A stretch of DNA of 54,393 nucleotides. Source: a virus. Lineage: Duplodnaviria > Caudoviricetes. The DNA lies in the IMG/VR virus record IMGVR_UViG_3300032247_002425, positions 1-54,393 of that record; one strand, 5' to 3'. The notes below the pieces were generated by a model that saw only the letters and a program-made list of their open reading frames with translations, made no database searches and was not told the origin of the DNA. This document shows positions 50,608-54,393 of this stretch, one piece after another; position 1 is the first letter of the stretch, and each line of letters opens with the position of its first letter. Made by a program: the position numbers and the translations under genes.

Positions 50608-51588
50608 ATGCTGTACAAAGATCAAATCATCGATGCAGTGGTCATGGATACCGGCACGGTCGTGATAGACTGGGCCCTGGGCAATACCTGCAATTACAGC
50701 TGCAGCTACTGCTGGCCAGAAGCCTATTCAGGCGATCAACCCATGCCCAGGCTGACACCAACCATAGTGAAAAACATACAGCATCTGGGCCAACAACTGC
50801 TGTCAAAACCCAATAATGCAGGCAAGCAGCTGGAATTCGTGCTCACGGGCGGTGAGCCCACGCTGTATCCAGATATCACTCAACTGTGTGAGCTGTTGCA
50901 CAGCCTAGGAAGGATATCACTGCTGACCAATGGCAGCCGAACGCTGGCTTGGTGGGAGAGGCATTATCAGCTGTTCGATGAGGTAATGATCAGCTATCAC
51001 GCCGGCAGAGCTGATCCAGATCACATCACAGCAGTGCTGGACCTGCTGCTGGGCAAGACCGCTGCTTTCCTGCATGTCATGCTGGATCCCACACTGTTTT
51101 CAGCGAGCATCAGCGCATATCACCGCTTTACCACGAGCTTTGATCAGAAGCCAGTTGGAATCAAGGTCAAGCTGATAGACAGCAAGAGACATGTGATAGG
51201 TTACGCTCCTGATCAGTTGACCCTGATAGATCAGTTACCTGAACACCGATCGCAGGGCCTGCATGCGCTGCTTGGTGGGCACCGCAAGCAATCCATGCTG
51301 AATCTGCGAGATGGCAGCAGCGTAGAATTCAAACCCAAGACCGTGCAGCATCTGCGTGGAGAATTCCGGGGATATCACTGCAGTGCACACCATGAGTTCC
51401 TTTCCATAGATAACTTTGGTAATCTGGGTCAGCTGAATTGCAGGCAGGCCTACGCACCTATCATCAGCTTATATTCTGACCATTTCGTGGATCAGTTCAG
51501 TCTCACGGACGATAAGCTGATCTGTGCCACGGACAGATGCGGCTGCATCGGATTGTATGCCACCAACAAGCAAAGAATTGGTTTATGA
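50608..51588 (+). CDS. Radical SAM protein
   Basis: W.LGNTCNYSCSYC, TGGEPT, TNGSRT..WW, SYH, C-terminal Cys cluster; start probably ATG 50608. Confidence 0.88.
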   Translation: MLYKDQIIDAVVMDTGTVVIDWALGNTCNYSCSYCWPEAYSGDQPMPRLTPTIVKNIQHLGQQLLSKPNNAGKQLEFVLTGGEPTLYPDITQLCELLHSLGRISLLTNGSRTLAWWERHYQLFDEVMISYHAGRADPDHITAVLDLLLGKTAAFLHVMLDPTLFSASISAYHRFTTSFDQKPVGIKVKLIDSKRHVIGYAPDQLTLIDQLPEHRSQGLHALLGGHRKQSMLNLRDGSSVEFKPKTVQHLRGEFRGYHCSAHHEFLSIDNFGNLGQLNCRQAYAPIISLYSDHFVDQFSLTDDKLICATDRCGCIGLYATNKQRIGL

Positions 51589-51631
51589 TCTAATAATAGA
51601 TATTATACTGCAGTGATTGGATAGAGTAGAC

Positions 51632-52204
51632 ATGACATCAGTAATTGCCATACACGGGGCATGGAGCGGGCCTATAAGTTTCAATTATCTGCGTTCTGCT
51701 GTTGCTGCAAGATGGACAGCACTGCAGTACGATCCCACGCTGTCAAATCTTGATACCATAATTGATAGAGTAGCTGGTGATATCCGAGAACCTTGCCTGC
51801 TAGTTGGTCACAGCCTGGGTGGCATAATAGCTCTGCGAATGCATGACCATCCAATGGTGCAGGGCGTGATAACGATAGCAAGCCCGCTTGCAGGATTACG
51901 CCTGAATCTCATACAAAAAGTCATGAGCCTCAGTGGGATATTAGCTGAGATTGCCACGGACAGCCGCTGCATACGGACCATGCATGCGGCTACCTATACC
52001 AAACCTGTTCAGCATCTCATAGCCACCGTGGGATTCAATCCCTTCATCTATGAGCCCAACGACGGAGTGCTGCCCTTGAAATCACAGACTGGGTGGACCT
52101 GCGGACCAACCGTGGACATAGCCACAAACCACTATGAGATCATGCTGCACGAACACACAGCCGCAGCACTGTCCGAGACTCTCGTTACGTTATCAGTCAA
52201 TTAA
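51632..52204 (+). CDS. Alpha/beta hydrolase
   Basis: IHGA oxyanion, GHSLGG nucleophile elbow, NDGV, NH catalytic His. Confidence 0.88.
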   Translation: MTSVIAIHGAWSGPISFNYLRSAVAARWTALQYDPTLSNLDTIIDRVAGDIREPCLLVGHSLGGIIALRMHDHPMVQGVITIASPLAGLRLNLIQKVMSLSGILAEIATDSRCIRTMHAATYTKPVQHLIATVGFNPFIYEPNDGVLPLKSQTGWTCGPTVDIATNHYEIMLHEHTAAALSETLVTLSVN

Positions 52205-52329
52205 ATCACATAACCCCGCTGCCGGCTACGGCATACCGGGCTACAGCTATGGCAAACACTCTGATTAGCTAAATAGCTGTGATTTAAGTACCTATAGTTA
52301 TTTTTTATTAATTTTTTAGGAGGTTTTCC

Positions 52330-52833
52330 ATGATTCCTATGGACCCCCGCAAGGCCCAGAAGCTGGGCGAATCATGGGGCGGCGCCATCACCGACAGCGT
52401 GTTTGGCATAGTTGACACAGTGCGCAATGCCAAGGCACAGAAAGCAGCGAACAACACTGCTGCCAGGAACAAGAACGCAGCCATAGAAGCTAACAATGCG
52501 GTAACTCGCATGAACAATCAGCTGCGCATACAGGCCATGAAAGAGCTAGCTGCAGAGCAAGAGCAAGCAGCACTGCTGCGCATGACACCCACACAGCGGC
52601 AGGCCTATTATCAAGCCAAGGCAGATGCAGCACATGCAGCACATCGCGCCAAGGTAGAAGCAGAGCGCAAGCGAGAAGAGTTCTGGGAGATATTCTGGGC
52701 ACTGTTCTCGATCTTCGTGGTGTTGCCGTTCCTGATTTGGATGGGCCTGCTGATCTGGGGCATGGCTGATGTGATGGCCTGCTATAACATGAAATCCATC
52801 ATCCCGCTGATGCGAGCGGTGTGCGGACACTGA
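52330..52833 (+). CDS. Coiled-coil protein with C-terminal TM helix
   Basis: AGGAGG RBS; TAAATA at 52270-52275; hydrophobic IFWALFSIFVVLPFLIWMGLLIW. Confidence 0.75.
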   Translation: MIPMDPRKAQKLGESWGGAITDSVFGIVDTVRNAKAQKAANNTAARNKNAAIEANNAVTRMNNQLRIQAMKELAAEQEQAALLRMTPTQRQAYYQAKADAAHAAHRAKVEAERKREEFWEIFWALFSIFVVLPFLIWMGLLIWGMADVMACYNMKSIIPLMRAVCGH

Positions 52834-53108
52834 TGGCAGAACCAGTCACCAGCCAAGACATCCAAGACCATCCATGGTTGTCTGCATGGAACACCATAGA
52901 TCAAGGTGGCAAGATAGACATATTGAGGGCCAAGGTATCAGAACTAGAAGATCTCCTGGGCACGCTGTCGGTTATCATGATCACATTGCTGACAATATTG
53001 GCAATAGTAGCTTTAGCCCTGTTGGTCACAGCGTTCACACAGGGTTCGATCAGCGCCAGCCAAGTCAATCAAATCAGTGGATTTATCAAACAGTTCTCGG
53101 GGAAATAA
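52833..53108 (+). CDS. Small membrane protein
   Basis: TGATG overlap; one long hydrophobic helix. Confidence 0.65.
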   Translation: MAEPVTSQDIQDHPWLSAWNTIDQGGKIDILRAKVSELEDLLGTLSVIMITLLTILAIVALALLVTAFTQGSISASQVNQISGFIKQFSGK

Positions 53109-53109
53109 C

Positions 53110-53508
53110 GTGCTGTCATGGAAACATGCAGCTGTTGTCTTGGTGTTGTTGTCATCAGCAACACCGGTAGCTACTGCGGTACGTAGTGTGAACTGTGACC
53201 TAGATGAGCCAGATTGGCAGCTAGGGATGCATGTGCGATCACAGCAATGTTTGGTGGACACAGCTGGGACACACATTGAGATAACCATAATTGGCAAGCA
53301 GGAACGCTGGGTCTTGGATCTGCCTCAGGCAGACAAGCGCACCATTGCCTGGAGCTGGTGGGGTGGTATCTGGCATAGGGCCTACTGGGATGACCGAATA
53401 TTATGGTCAGGCACTGCCAAGACTGATCAATTGGCCTGCAGATTTGGCGGCGTCAGCAAGGTGCGTTATGTTTTCAGCAATGACACTGCAATCTGCCTCA
53501 CACAATAG
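53110..53508 (+). CDS. Putative exported protein
   Basis: GTG start 1 nt after upstream stop; signal-peptide-like N-terminus. Confidence 0.55.
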   Translation: MLSWKHAAVVLVLLSSATPVATAVRSVNCDLDEPDWQLGMHVRSQQCLVDTAGTHIEITIIGKQERWVLDLPQADKRTIAWSWWGGIWHRAYWDDRILWSGTAKTDQLACRFGGVSKVRYVFSNDTAICLTQ

Positions 53509-53539
53509 CTGACCTGCTGGTTGCAGCGTGGTTACATGG

Positions 53540-53567
53540 TTGACAAACAGCAGCAATATGCTATGTT
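53540..53567 (+). promoter_or_regulatory. Sigma70-type promoter
   Basis: TTGACA-N16-TATGTT with TGC before the -10. Confidence 0.6.
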
Positions 53568-53595
53568 GTTTACTGTACCATGCTGGAATCATCCG

Positions 53596-54393
53596 ATGAT
53601 AGGTAGGCTGAAATTCAATATTGATAAGCTGGTTGATGAAATGTTGGACCAGCTGCCAGCACAGGTGTGGACGGACCCAGCTGTGACGTTCTGCGATCCT
53701 GCCATGGCTGGTGGACAGATGGTAAAGAACATAGAAAAACGACTGTTGGCCAACGGCCATAGCCCAGACAGCGTCAATGCCAGAGTGTTTGGTTTTGAAA
53801 CCAATCCCATGACAGTTACGTTTGCCATTATCAAGCATTCCCTGATAGGTACATACCAAACCTGCGATGTGCTAAGCGAAAGCGTGGATCGACAGTTTGA
53901 CGTGGTGATTAGCGCGCCTCCATTTGATAATAACCACGACAGCAAGCGTTGGACCAAATGGAAGGAATATGCTGATCATAACTGGAATGTGCTGTGTTCA
54001 GCAAATGGCATCTTGGCCATGGTGACTCCAATAAGCTGGCAAAGCGGTGGTGATCTATACAAGCGGTTCACTGATCATGCAGTGATGGCTAACCTCAATG
54101 TCAACAGGCATTTCAACGTTGGCAGCACATTCAGCTTTTGGGTGATGACCAAAGCCAAACCTCAGCAGGATTTTCGCATCGTGCACAGGCGCGGTCACAC
54201 TGACATAGCCAGAAACACAGGTTGGCTACCTCGCGAAATATCTCCAGAAAGCCTTGAGATCAATAGGAAAGTGTTTGCCAGTGGGCATCCCACTTTTGAT
54301 TTTAAGCGCACCACTGAATACCACACCAGCAAGAAGCATCTGTTCAACGATCGTGGTGAAAAACGGATCTTCCATACTCTGGCACAGATGCTG
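53596..54393 (+). CDS. Eco57I/TaqI-like amino-methyltransferase fold protein, truncated by window end (not in ORF track)
   Basis: Open frame MIGRLKFNIDKLVDEMLDQLP...FCDPAMAGGQ (motif I)...FDVVISAPPF (motif IV)...G.LAMVTP.SW; no stop before the end. Confidence 0.8.
   Translation, partial: MIGRLKFNIDKLVDEMLDQLPAQVWTDPAVTFCDPAMAGGQMVKNIEKRLLANGHSPDSVNARVFGFETNPMTVTFAIIKHSLIGTYQTCDVLSESVDRQFDVVISAPPFDNNHDSKRWTKWKEYADHNWNVLCSANGILAMVTPISWQSGGDLYKRFTDHAVMANLNVNRHFNVGSTFSFWVMTKAKPQQDFRIVHRRGHTDIARNTGWLPREISPESLEINRKVFASGHPTFDFKRTTEYHTSKKHLFNDRGEKRIFHTLAQML

Noticed and set aside
52205-52260. c-di-GMP-I riboswitch (GGCAAAC on +, GCGGGGTTA on -)
   Set aside because: The fragments are on opposite strands and the GNRA/receptor architecture is missing
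1-54393. Stop-codon reassignment as seen in some large phages
   Set aside because: Conserved genes are full length in code 11, and TAA, TGA and TAG all end genes at sensible positions
1-54393. Bacterial chromosome origin; tRNA or rRNA genes
   Set aside because: Host-like genes lack their usual operon partners and are mixed with rIIA, fibres and TAAATA promoters; no cloverleaf or rRNA-like stretch was seen in the short intergenic gaps

Overview
The window looks like a segment of a large (jumbo-type) tailed phage genome in the standard genetic code. The host is probably an alphaproteobacterium, inferred from the style of DnaK, cyclophilin, Fpr and YcgN and from TTGACA-N16-TGC-TA(T/A)xxT promoters. 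The left half (1-25.9 kb) is mostly + strand accessory genes. These include a protein and translation quality-control set (ClpX, ribosomal protein bS21, Hsp20, ClpS, cyclophilin, DnaK and an ArfA-like 42-aa ORF missed by the ORF track), Fe-S/radical SAM genes, glycosyltransferase-like genes, an rIIA-like GHKL protein, two gamma-glutamylcyclotransferases, and a collagen-like protein paired with an S53 protease. The right half (25.9-50.5 kb) is a - strand cluster of very large, modular virion fibre-like proteins behind TAAATA late-type promoters; one ends in a hedgehog-like Hint domain. The window ends in a radical SAM gene, a hydrolase, small membrane proteins and a truncated DNA methyltransferase-like ORF. 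The most notable signals are the hidden ArfA-like gene, matching ROSE-like thermometer leaders on both hsp20 and dnaK, a ClpX with an RKH-to-RKN loop change, and the Hog-like domain on a fibre protein. All assignments come from reading motifs by eye; no searches were run.
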